Assembly (NCBI GenBank): GCA_050575255.1
Contig: JBNZDD010013728.1
Location: 477,510-541,509, forward strand
Source of the DNA: Harriotta raleighana
Lineage: Eukaryota
DNA: 64,000 bases
Direction: 5' to 3'
Shown: piece after piece, positions 52,420-64,000 of the stretch
Position numbering within the stretch: position 1 is the first letter of the stretch
How the letters are laid out: the number at the start of each line of letters is the position of its first letter
Translations under genes and position numbers: made by a program
The notes under the pieces: model-generated
Told to the model about the DNA's origin: nothing
The model's database searches: none
What the model saw: the letters and a program-made list of their open reading frames with translations, nothing else

Positions 52420-54115
52420 GACATTGTACTGAAGGGTAAAAAAATAGAATCTATTTGGTTAGAGTTAAGGAGCAGAAATGGAGCTGTTCATCTGTTCAGT
52501 GTATTCTATCGACTATCAAATAGTGGGGAGAAGATAGATGAGCAAACCTGATTGGGTTTTTTGATGAAGTAACGGAAAATGTGGACGAAGCTAATGCAGT
52601 TAATGTAGTTTCTATGGATTTTCAAAGGCATTTGATGAATTGCCACTTAAGAGACTTATAAGGAAAATAGAAGCCCACTATATTAAACGGACAGTGGCAG
52701 AACTGGTTGGGATAAAGAAAACAAAGAGTGATGATGAACGGTTGTTTTTCCAACTGGAGGGCAGTGTGCAGAGGTTTCCCCCAGGGGTCGGGACCATTGC
52801 TCTTTTTGATCTATATAAATCACAGGGACTTGGGTATAGGGAGTAAAATTTCCAAGTTTTCAGATGATACAGTAAAAGCCCGCATATCCGGCACCCTCGG
52901 GACCTGACAGGTGCTGGTTGATTGAATGTGCCGGATATTCGGGCTGCAAGTTGCCAAAAATCCAACACAAAATGTTAACTTTTTTTAAACATACCATATT
53001 AATAATAGACTAAATAATAACAGAATATTGTATGGATACTTACCAATAAAGCAATAAATATTGATTACAGTCTATAAACACAGCACACAATCACAAAGCA
53101 AACTTCTACAATGGAGGACGGAAGAGTTTTTTCCTCTTAAAGCAGCGCTGTCGGTTTTTCCTCTTAAAGTGCCGCTTTAAGAGGAAAAATTGGCAGTGCC
53201 ACTTTAAGCTGCTACCGGCAGCATTCAGAACTACTTGTACTGTACTCTCGTGAGACAACTGACTCACTAAATGCGCCAAGAATTTGCCAGATTGCTCCAG
53301 TATGAGATCTGGTTGCTTGAATGGTGAATTGTATTGGGAGATGCCGGTTGGTTGAGCATTCCGGTTGGTTGCTGCATAAGCAGGCTTTTACTGTACTTAG
53401 CTAGGAAGAGTATCAAATGTGAGGAGGATAGTAGCAGACTGCAAGAGGGCACAGACAGAATGGTAAAATGGTGGATGAAGTTCAATGTGGAGAAATGCAA
53501 ATTGATGAATTTTGGGATGAAGTCTGAGCCAGGTGATAGAACCTTAAAATAGTTGAAGGATCTGATTGACGTGTGGGTTCATGTAAGTAAATCTTTGAAG
53601 GTGATAGGACAGGTATATAAAACTGTTTTTTTTAAAAATACGGGACACTAGGCTTTTCAAATAGGGGCGTAGAATACAAAAGTTGTAATTAAGCCTTCTA
53701 AATTACTAGTTAGAGATGTTCAGTTCTCGGCTCCATATTTTAGGAGGGATGTCAAGGCGTTAGAGAGGGTGCAAAGATGATTTGCCAGGATGCTACCTGG
53801 AATGAAGGAATTCAGTTATCAGGAAAGGCTAGAGAAGCTAGGATATTCTCCTTGGAGCAGAGATAGTTAAGAGGAGACAACAGAAGTTTTCAAAATTATG
53901 AGGGGATATGATAAGGTGAACAAGGAGAAATTAGTGGGTGGTGGAAGCTGATTGAATAACAACTTTTAAGCAAGAAATAGATAATTATTTGGGGACGACA
54001 AGTCTGCAAGGCTTTGAGGAGAGAGTGGGGGAATGAGATTGATGTGCATCGCTCTTATCAACTGGCACAGACACGACGAGCCAAATAGCCTCCTTTTGTA
54101 CTGTATGAATCTATG
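52420..54115 (+). mobile_element. Degraded CR1 ORF2/3'UTR with a Tigger-like MITE inserted
   Basis: Remnants of MDFSKAFD, SKFSDD, WMKFNVEKCK, ALERVQR and YQERLEKLG; 3' end gccaaatagcctcctt..gtatgaatctatg. Confidence 0.85.
52870..53393. mobile_element. Tigger/pogo-type MITE (524 bp)
   Basis: TIRs CAGTAAAAGCC and GGCTTTTACTG (imperfect to about 24 bp), TA on both sides. Confidence 0.9.
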
Positions 54116-57100
54116 CTTGTGTTGGCAACACTGGTGACCAGAGAAAGATGAGGCCACTCTTGTGGGTAAAGAACAAATGTGACTGAACACATAAATGTTT
54201 GGACGCAGCATATCTCATAAGCACTGTACACTGCTACACCATGGGTGGAATGGAGACCACAATAAAGGACCATCCTTCTGCTTCTTCCCCATGACCTGAT
54301 TCAATGACCACCCATTGATAGGCCTGCCCATTGTTATCGAGCTAATTTATGCTTCCTGCAATGTGTCTTAACCAACTGGCTTTCAGACATTTGTTTCTGC
54401 AAGCTTTCTGCAGTGTTACCCAAAATAACATACACATTTTATTCACCAACATATGTTTCGTTATAAAAAAAACATCAGTCCTTTCTTTCTTCATTGTTTT
54501 GCCTGTGGTGTGTTGCTGAAGCCATGGAGTTGAAACAGTCTGATAGTGCACTGATGTGTGTGGGGAAAGAGGTGTAGGTCTCCGCTGCTTCAGGAATTGT
54601 CTTTGCATTCATACAGTAGAATTGGGAATTACAGGACTTAAGTAACTTCAAGAATTTGGCATTCAGGTATTGCTATATACAGGAAGGTGCTTTTGTGTAC
54701 TGTCTACTGAATGTCTAGTGATTAATTTATTATCTAGGAGTATACTTAATATGCTTATATGTGCCCTATGTTATAAAAACATGTTATAAAAGCATTTTCT
54801 AAAAACATTTTATAATATAGGTTATAAAATAGTTGATGTTCCTCAAAGCATTAATTTTGATGGATCAGGGAAAGGAACTAGTTAATAAGAGTAGTAATAA
54901 TAATCCTTGTACTTGATATAACATCTTATCGCGTCACCGAGACAAATCGATATGCTTCACAGGATGTAGTGAAAAATGTATATTTGACTGTATATTTTGT
55001 TAGCGAAACATGGCACCTAATTGCACACAAGGCTCTCCCTTCCCAGCTCCTCTTAAAGAGATGACCCGCAGATAAATTTTGAGAGTGGTGACGGGTGGGT
55101 GCAGAATAGTGCACAAAATCCATATAGAGAATAGCCCCTTCGAGCTCTAGCCACCCACCTCGGATGTCTACATTCTATATAAATATTTGGTCATCTTTTC
55201 CATCCCCACCTCCCTTCCTCCAGCTTTGATGCCAAGCTAAAATTCTTAAGCACCTTAGGGCATCCTCCTATTGTGAAAGGTGCTATATAAATTTGTATTG
55301 TATTATAGCCAGATAATTATATGCACTGCACGGGGGTATATAGGCAATAATATGCAATCTAGGGATAATGCTATGTAGTAGTTATTTATTTTAGAAATGA
55401 TAGTGGCTGCATAGAAATGCTTGTGAAAGATCACATGCACTTGTAGTGGTAAAGTAATATGTTTAACATAATATATTCACAGAGAAATGCAGCAATGAAG
55501 GAGTTAAAGGGTGTTGCTGTGCAGTTCAAAGGGCTCATAGTAAGCACACAGTAAAAGGTTATATTCAAGAAAGCACAGATTTTGTTCTTAAATCCTTTAC
55601 AAAAGCATGAATAAAGAGCAGCAAAAAAGGGTTGGGACATACAAAGTTTTCAGAATCTCAGTAAATAAATCTTTTCTGGAAGTGACCCAGGGTGTGATTG
55701 GTCACAGAATTGGAAGTCACTCAAGGATTATTATTACTAACTTTCACATCTGAGAATGCCTCAGATGTGACTGGGAATCTGAGTTGGCGAAGGGGAGAGT
55801 TGATGGGGGTGTGAGTTGATTGAATGCAGGGGAGTGGGGGAAAAGGAGAGNAAGTGCTTCACCGAGGTGACTGGGAATCTGAGTTGGCGAAGGGGAGAGT
55901 TGATGGGGGTGTGAGTNGATGTGACTGGGAATCTGAGTTGGCGAAGGGGAGAGTTGATGGGGGTGTGAGTTGATTGAATGCAGGGGAGTGGGGGAAAAGG
56001 AGAGTGTGTAGTGGTGTGGGGAGGTGACTAAAGTGCAGTTGAAAAACAAGAGGAATAAGTGTCACATTTCAGCAACAATCAGCCTAGCTCAGAATGTAGT
56101 ACTCTCACCAATGGGTCAGAAAGTTGTAGGATCAATAACAACACAATTACAGTTGTACAGCACCTTTCACATGGGGAGGAAGTCCAAAGGTTCTGGACAA
56201 TCGGTGTTTTGGACTTGAGCTAGGTGTTGGGTTCGGGGAGGGTGGGAGATAGGGGGAAGGAGGGTGATCAGAGACATGGAATTGTGGTCTCATCTGCCCT
56301 CTTCAGAAACACATGGAAAGTTCCATATGTTTATCCCATGCTTCCAAAATATCCACCCTAACATCTTCTCAATATAGCATCAAACTGTTTCTGAAATGAG
56401 TTCACTGCCCTGGCCTCATTTACTATTCCAACCATCATTATCCCATGTATATAAAAAAAGAAAAAAAAACTTCCTGGGGTGCCCTGCTGTAGTTTGTGGG
56501 ACATTAGGATCTAATGGCAAATTGGCAGCTCTTCCATCTAACACTAGAAGCTGACACTGGAAATCACTTCCATTCCAATGTAATTTTCTTCCTCTAAAAA
56601 ATAACTCTCTGTTTCCTGACATGTTATTTTATGTAGATGTCTGCTTGACTCAAGCCATTTAAGATGGTTTACTGTTGATCATATTATTTGTGTAATAAAC
56701 ATTGGTCATTGTGAAGCAGAACATTCGTAGCTACAGGAAATTATTTAGATTTGTCGGACTCATCAATTGCTGTGTGGGTAAAGAAGCCTAGCCTACTTTG
56801 CATTTTGTGACTGCATTGCAAGTGAATCGAACCCTGCTGTGTAAGAGTGTGGATCCCATGCTGCTGTTTTGTTTTAAGAATGCTTGGAGAGTTACGTTTG
56901 TTAAAATAAAGATTAAAGGTTGATTCCCATCTGCTGGAATTCCCATCAATCTGATCTGTGTGGCAGAAAAACAGTTTTAAAGAACAATCTTAAATGTTAA
57001 GGCTAAGAACAGGTGGATTTTACACCTCGGATGGTTTCCACTGTGCCCATAAAATAGTGAAAAGAACCAGTGTTTTTTCTGTGTTGTTATGCAGCACTGT

Positions 57101-57344
57101 ATCTCTCATCAAGCTTTAATCAGCTGAATTATGAAATTAACTGTTTGTGCAACTGATCTGACTTTCAGTTAAGAAGTAAATTTGAATTCCACAAAGCTAA
57201 CATTTAATACACAGGATATTTCTCGGACATTTAGTTCTTGGCACATCTTCAGCACTACAAATTTCACAGCAAAGGTTTACCATAGTCGGAGTGGAACAGA
57301 GTTTGCAGGTTGTGGCAGCATCAATCTCCTTAGATGCACATTCC

Positions 57345-57737
57345 ACCTCACCAAGCCAGTGTCCTCTCCTGCACCAAGCTCCATAACCCCATTGGCTTCC
57401 CATGATTCAGAGGATTCAATTCAAGATCCTGGTACAGTTCTCACCTTTAAAGCCTTGCCTCACCCTCGCCTCACCCTACCTTTGTGACATCCTAACCCTC
57501 TGTCTGCTCTCTCCGCTCAGAGGACTCTGGCCTGCTCAGTGTCCCCTGACCCACCTTCCTCACCATCAACAGGCGAGCGTTCAGCCATTCTGCCCACAAC
57601 CCTTGGAATTCCATCTCACAATCTCTCTGCCTCGCTCCTCCCTCAGACCCCTTCGAGGGTGAAACACTGACTGTCCAGCTCCTTGGGACATTCTCCCGAC
57701 GTGAAAGGCCCTATACAAATGTAATTTTGTTATTGTT
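57345..57737 (+). mobile_element. L2 LINE 3' fragment
   Basis: QRIQFKIL remnant; ttgggacattctcccgacgtgaaaggccctatacaaatgtaattttgtt tail. Confidence 0.85.
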
Positions 57738-58263
57738 CTATCACTCGCAATGTATTATCTTGCCCGTGCTCCAGTTATGCTGGCATCATGCTGGAAACAG
57801 GAGTGGTCAGAATATCCTGCTTTCCGCTTGGTGTTACTTAGCTTTGCGACTCACTGAATAAACTTGCCACCATTCCTGAAATCAATAAAATTGAGATTTA
57901 AATTCATGTGTAAAAAATCAAAATCTTGTCACATCATGTTTTTATTTGGCCCATCTCTCCTCCAGGTGCTTTCCAGGTGGAAAGGCAACTCTGTTAAGTC
58001 TTATTGTAGCTCACCAAGTGGCCTTTCTTCAAATGTGAGCTTTGTCAATTAGTGTTGCCTGGTTATTTGGCTGCAAGAATATCACAGCCAAGTCCAATCC
58101 TGTCCCCAACCAATATCCAGGCATGGTGAAACCTTGGATAAATTTCCTTACTCTATACACCTCAAAATAATTTCTTACAAACATTGGTAATTTCAATCCA
58201 ATTTTAATGTTTGTGGGACACTGATGTGCGCAATTGGCTGCCGCATTTCGCCATATATATATA

Positions 58264-59438
58264 CAGGTATCCCCCAATTTACGACAGGTTTGCATTCCTG
58301 AAAATGTCACCTAAATCGAAAAGTCATAAATCGGAACAGGTTTTCCCATAGTCCCATTATACATTCTGAGTTCTTTTGTCAAAATTTTCAGTCCCAAAAN
58401 CCAATTTACGACAGATTTGCATTCCTGAAAATGGCATCTAAATCGAAAAGTCATATATCGGAACAGGTTTTCCCATACAGTCCCATTATACATTCTGAGT
58501 TCTTTTGTCAAAATTTTCAGTCCCAAAACCCACTAAAATAACACTTTGCAACTAAGAATTAATGATAATGAGACTTAATGAATTTCATTAATGAATAATT
58601 CATTTAATACCACATTAAGCGGGTCCCACAGAGGTCCTCAGTAAGGTCGCTAAGTGTCATCAGAATTATTTTTTTCCCTTTTTTTAATGTTGAAAATAAT
58701 TTTTTAATGCTAAAAAAATTTAAACATTAAAAAAAATGCAGCACGGTCGACCGATTAGTATAAAGAGCATATTTACGAGTTGCGCTGAGTCCACAAAACA
58801 TACGGAGGTAACATTTTGGCTGAACTAAACATCAATCGCGATATTGCTCCCTGGTGGCAGGAGGACCGGTGGGAGACTAATCAGAGCAAAAATATGGTGG
58901 GTCGCGAGGAGCTGCTGGTGGTTAATTTGGANATCATCAGAATTATTTTTTTCCCTTTTTTTAATGTTGAAAATACTTTTTTAATGCTAAAAAAAATGTA
59001 AACATTAAAAAAAATGCAGCACGGTCGACCGATTAGTATAAAGAGCATATTTACGAGTTGCGCTGAGTCCACAAAACATACGGAGGTAACATTTTGGCTG
59101 AACTAAACATCAATCGCGATATTGCTCCCTGGTGGCAGGAGGACCGGTGGGAGACTAATCAGAGCAAAAATATGGTGGGTCGCGAGGAGCTGCTGGTGGT
59201 TAATTTGGATCACAGCAAACTTTTCTCAATATCTGCATGCATTTCAGGTTGATATACAAAATATACTAGATATACTGCGTATTTTGATTTTTTTTCTACC
59301 CCCAAAAAAATCAAGTATAATTTAAAAATGTCGTTAAAACTAAACAAAATATTGTACATCAGTAAAAAGGTGTTCAAAAATTACATTTGTAAGATTGAAA
59401 TCCTGTAAATAGAGATGTCGTAAATTGGGGGATACCTA
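58264..59438. mobile_element. Non-autonomous Tigger/pogo-type DNA transposon inserted in a SINE
   Basis: TIRs CAGGTATCCCCCAATTTACGAC and GTCGTAAATTGGGGGATACCTa, TA flanks. The host SINE runs about 58200-58263 and 59439-59520. Length is inflated by n-junction duplicates at 58400 and 58932. Confidence 0.9.
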
Positions 59439-60438
59439 TACAGTCAATTCACTTTACAGTATATTCTGTGAAGCACTTTGAAACGTCTAGAAGACGTGAA
59501 AAGCAACTATTATTATTATTTCACTAAAATATAATTTGAAATGAATGTTCTTTTATGTAATACATTTATTACTGCAATATTGTGGTGTAGTAAGCTACAG
59601 CAACTGCTATGTCTTGAGGCTGAATAGTGCAAAAAAAAACTTTAAATAAAGTGGGGCTTTGTAATGCTTAAGTAATAATTCCTAAAATAAATAATTATAA
59701 AATGTACCTATGAGTATACTTAATTTAAGAAGCATTCTATTTTCAGGAATCTTTGCATCAAATTATTCCCAAGATAAATCATCAGATAAAGGGAATATTT
59801 CACTCACCATAGGGGTGTTCCCATTAAAAAGCTATTTGCTGATTGTACATTATTACAAATCAGCCAGATCGCTATGACCACTCCTATGTGCTTACAACCT
59901 TTACATTCCTTCTTATAGAGGTTCAACAATTTCTAGACTAAATATTGGTGGATATTGACGAACTGTTCTTAGTAGTTAAGCATCGGGAATGTGTGAGCAA
60001 AGAGGAAACCCTCATGTAGTACTAAAAACAAGTAGAGTTAGAGAATTAGAGAGCTAATCTTTGCATTTGAAATGGTGCCATCAAAGTCAAAATGACTCAA
60101 ACATTTGACAAGTACTGTAATTGCTGTCATTACAGGGACTTTGTATTTTAATGCACATAAAAGTTGCAGGACTATAATATTGATGGCCCTAATTGTTAAA
60201 AGAGGTGACTGGGTGGTTCATCCATTCTCTCCAGATGTTGACTGACATTTGTTGCTCAATTTGGCCNTTTAACAATTTTTAACTTTCATCCATTCTCTCC
60301 AGATGTTGACTGACATTTGTTGCTCAATTTGGCCATAACATTCCTCAATTTTTCTTGGATAGTACCATAGAAGTTTGTGGCACAGGAAAAGTCATTTGGG
60401 CCATTGTGTCTGTGATGGCCCTCTTCAGGAACAATCCT

Positions 60439-60584
60439 TTAGGATTGCTGTGATATCACTGAGCGGAATGACGTGATATACTGAGCGTAATGTTGTGATG
60501 TACTGAGCGTAATGTTGTGATGTCGCTGAGCTAAATGCCGTGATGGCACTGAGTGATTTCCCATGATGTCACCCTGATGTCATC
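60439..60584. repeat. 22-23-bp minisatellite, about 6 units (AGYGKAATGYYGTGATGTCACTG)
   Basis: Units start at 60439, 60462, 60484, 60506, 60529 and 60552. Confidence 0.85.
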
Positions 60585-60689
60585 AAGTGAAACACCAAGA
60601 GGTTACGGAATGAAAGACTTTGAGGTCACCCAGGGGAATGCCACTAGTTCATCTGAGTTATTGGTTATGACACTAGGAGAAGAAAACTT

Positions 60690-60915
60690 CATAGTAATTA
60701 CTCTTGTCAAATACTGTAATGGGATCTTTAATGTTCACCTGAAGATCAAGCAAACAGGACATTGGTTTAACATTTCATCCAAAGAACAGCCCTCCAACAA
60801 CACAGTGTTACCTTATGGCTTCGTTGGAGAGCCAACCTACCCTATAAGTTCATGACCTAGGATTTGAACTCACAACCTCTGTCCCAAAGGAGGATATGCT
60901 ATCAATTGAGCCAAG
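60690..60915 (-). mobile_element. Deu-domain SINE 5' half
   Basis: atgggatctttaatgttcacctga..ggtttaacatttcatccaaag..tgaactcacaacctct..aattgagcca. Confidence 0.75.
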
Positions 60916-61099
60916 CCCCTGATGCTGAAATCTGAAACTATGTTAGCGTTTGCAATGATGTAGTGAAGGCTCATGAACAATAAAAATAAAAGGAAATACA
61001 TCATAAGCCTTCTATAATTAAGATCAGTTGCATTTTGAGTTCAATGAACAAAAGGTGTTGCATATACTATGTACAGTATATAAGTAAATCTATGTACAC

Positions 61100-61608
61100 T
61101 ACCAATCTGTCTGCTCCCTATACTCAGCAGGCTCTGGCCTACTGCCATGTCACCTTGTCACCTACCATAGATAGGCCTTCAGCCACTCTGCCCCAGCCTC
61201 TAGAACTCCATCCCGCAATCCATTTCACCCCATCCCTTGCCTCCTTCATGGCCCTCCTCTTCAACCATGCTTTTGATCCATCTGATTTCCCTCTGCTTTG
61301 CACCATCCTTGGGATGTCCTCCCACCGTGAAAAGCACCATACAAATGTAATTTTGTTGTTGTTATATTTCTGTAAAGTGCTTTGAGACTTCTAGAAGGTG
61401 TGAAAAATGCTTTATCAAATGCAAGGATTATTATTATTACAGAAGGGAATTACTGTTTTGAGACACTGCTGTGTGCAATTGACTGCCATGTTTGCCCACA
61501 AATATGCAGTCAATTCACTTTACAGTATATTTTGTGAAGTACTTTGAAATGTCAGGAAGACATGAAAAGCAATATATCAATAATGCAAGGATAATTATTT
61601 ATTATTAT
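61100..61608 (+). mobile_element. L2 3' end followed by two SINE tails
   Basis: ttgggatgtcctcccaccgtgaaaagcaccatacaaatgtaattt(ttg)n, then two ..aatgcaaggat(att)n tails. Confidence 0.8.
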
Positions 61609-62146
61609 AATGAGTCTCACCAACCTTTGTTTGAATATTCCATTCAATGTGTGTGAATCTTTTCAAAACCAGCAAACCTCACGCCAGGTCGAAAACCCAT
61701 GAAATAGTGTACCTGAAAGCTTGCTACAACCGTGGCTTAAGGCTGTTTTTATTCTACCTGCATGGAGTTGGATTGCTTGTAAAATGAGAATTCCCACAAT
61801 CCCATTGACCTGAACAAATTTGGTTTTCCTTCGATTTCTGACTTCGATTTGTGCTTCTCACTGACACTATGGTGGCAATATTTTTGCAGTGTATCTCAGC
61901 ACTGTTGCCAAAACAGAGGGAGATCTGCAGTGCTGCACTCTAAACCTCTATCTTACCAGTGCAAATAGTTAAGTACCATTGGATTGCTTAGTAATATAAA
62001 ACGGAGGGGCAGTTTACAAAATGGTCCATTGCTAATAAAGTAAAGAAAAGGTATCTTTAAAATGATCAATGTGCCTCAGTTACTTTTTATTGGTGTGTAT
62101 TTTTGGTTGATGGTGAAATTAGGATACCAATGAGGAACTCAAGTCC

Positions 62147-62372
62147 CAGTGACATCATAGCATTCCACTCAGTGACAACATGCCGTTCGATTCCGTGACA
62201 TCATGCTGTTCCACTCAGTGACATCATGATGTTCGATTCCATGACATCATGCTGATCCACTCAGTGACATCATGACGTTCCACTCAACGACATCACAGCA
62301 TTCCAGTCGGTGACACCATGATGTTCCACTCAGTGACATCACAGAGTTCGACTTCATGATGCTCCACTCCAC
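62147..62372. repeat. 23-bp minisatellite, 9 units plus a partial unit (CAGTGACATCAYRNYRTTCCACT)
   Basis: Exact 23-bp period from 62147 to 62353; reverse complement of the 60439 array unit. Confidence 0.92.
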
Positions 62373-62411
62373 GTTTAATCAGCTAAAACAACATATCTCA
62401 AACTAATATTC

Positions 62412-62834
62412 ATAATAAGAATCCTTGCATTTGATACTATTGCTTTTCACGTCTTCTGGACATCTCAAAGCACTTCACAGAATATACTGTGAAGCGAATT
62501 GACTGTATGTTTGTGGGCGAAACACAGTAGCTAATTGCACACAGCAGTGTTCCACAAACAGTCATATATTGTAATANACAGTAGCCAATTGCACACAGCA
62601 GTGTTCCACAAACAGTCATATATTGTAATAACCAATNTGGGCGAAACACAGTAGCTAATTGCACACAGCAGTGTTCCACAAACAGTCATATATTGTAATA
62701 ACCAATTTTTTTTTAGGGATATTATCAGTCACGTGGAGTACGGAAACATACCCCGGGTTTATGCCCTGCCTGAAATCGAACCCAGGGCTCTCACTTGCAA
62801 GGAGAATGCTCTAACCACTGAGCTACAGGACTCC
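62412..62834 (-). mobile_element. Full-length SINE2_CM-like copy (with n-junction duplicates)
   Basis: Head (reverse complement) aatcgaacccagg..cttgcaagg..ctctaaccactgagctacaggactcc; tail atccttgcatttgat. Confidence 0.9.
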
Positions 62835-64000
62835 ACAATTAAGACAAGCTTTGTGCTTGCTTATCCTGCTAATACCAGCCTATCCTTTAGATGTTAGAAC
62901 TTTAGCTTGCAGGGTTAACAGGAGCCAAGTGAGAAGAATCATTGCTCTCAGTGACCAGTCTATTCTCAAAGACCTGCTAATGGGCCATGCTGATTGGCAT
63001 GTGATCAACATTGCCTTGGAATAATCTGTCTGGTATAGGAACTGAGAGTATATCCACCATAGAGGGTTGATTCAATTCCGACATTTGTTTGCCAAGCCTG
63101 TCACTTGGGAACTGAACTGGCTCTAGGGAAATACCACCTAAGATAGTTTAAGATACCATTTAAGATTTCAGATAGAGATTAGTTGGTTATTTAACATCCA
63201 ACAATAACAGGTTTGAGCACTCACTAGATGAATGACAGGTATGAGAAATTCTCAATAAGCTTCTTGGTGAGCAGTGAGTGCAGCCCCTCTACAACCAATC
63301 AAGGTGGATTCCAAACCCTGGACATATGAATGTGTATTCATGAAACTGGATTCCAGGTAACATCAAGGAGCTCATAACAGGTTCATGTAGACTGAGTTCT
63401 CTCTCTCTCTGTGCAACTGTTTCTCCCTTTCACTACCAATCCACCTCACTGCTTGTTTTTGGACATCACAAATGGATTCAAGTAATTATCAAAAGAACAA
63501 AGAAGTTTGGAGAATTATTTTTTACATGTTGTAGTACATGGATTGCCTTAGCTCAGAATGGTACCAGGGCATGGTTGAATAATGAAGATATTGGACAGGA
63601 TTAATATGCTGTTCTTTTCGCTATTATCTTTGGAACTGATTGAATTGAAGAGAATGACATTGCATAAAAACAGACCATTTGGCCCAACTTTCCTTGCCTA
63701 TTTAGTGAGTATCTAAGCAGAATGTTTCTGTGGGAGACTGAGTGAGTGAGTGGCAGTCTATGGTGGGTTACATTGTGCAGGATTGGTGGAATGAGAGGGT
63801 TCATTGCTTTGAAGTACTTTCTTCGCATTTCATGTTTTACATTCCACAGAATGCAACAGTAAAAAAGACAGGTGTATTATAAATTTAACCTTTGTAGGTT
63901 TAGGCAATACAGGAAGACTTGGAGCAATAGTAATTTACTTGGTTAGCTATCAGAACTTTTAGAAGGTGTGATTGTCATGATTTCCATTTTACATGGTCTT

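Noticed and set aside
55765-56005. Triple ~50-bp tandem repeat
   Set aside because: Copies are identical and joined by single n characters, so this is an assembly artefact.
62147-62372. CRISPR-like array
   Set aside because: Contiguous 23-bp tandem units with no unique spacers, eukaryotic context and no cas genes.

Overview
Eukaryotic, AT-rich, repeat-dense, essentially non-coding vertebrate DNA (intergenic or large intron). The repeat set points to a cartilaginous fish, probably a holocephalan such as elephant shark or chimaera; this is inferred from remembered repeat consensuses, not a database search. The repeats are a tRNA-Ala-headed SINE with an (ATT)n tail, Deu-domain SINEs, L2 LINE 3' ends with (TTG)n tails, CR1 fragments, LF-SINE-like relics, three TA-flanked Tigger/pogo-type elements and a Penelope-type terminal fragment. 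No recognisable host gene, rRNA, true tRNA or CRISPR array is present, and nearly all listed ORFs are LINE fragments or chance. The most notable items are: (1) a 146-bp insertion with a 14-bp target-site duplication carrying an intact minimal hammerhead ribozyme core (39450-39595); (2) two arrays of one 23-bp CRE-like minisatellite in inverted orientation about 1.55 kb apart; (3) orphan exon-like segments, two of which join into a 97-aa ORF; (4) LF-SINE-like relics and TE-poor islands rich in TF motifs. Many near-identical tandem copies next to N characters are assembly artefacts. Boundaries of degraded repeats are approximate.
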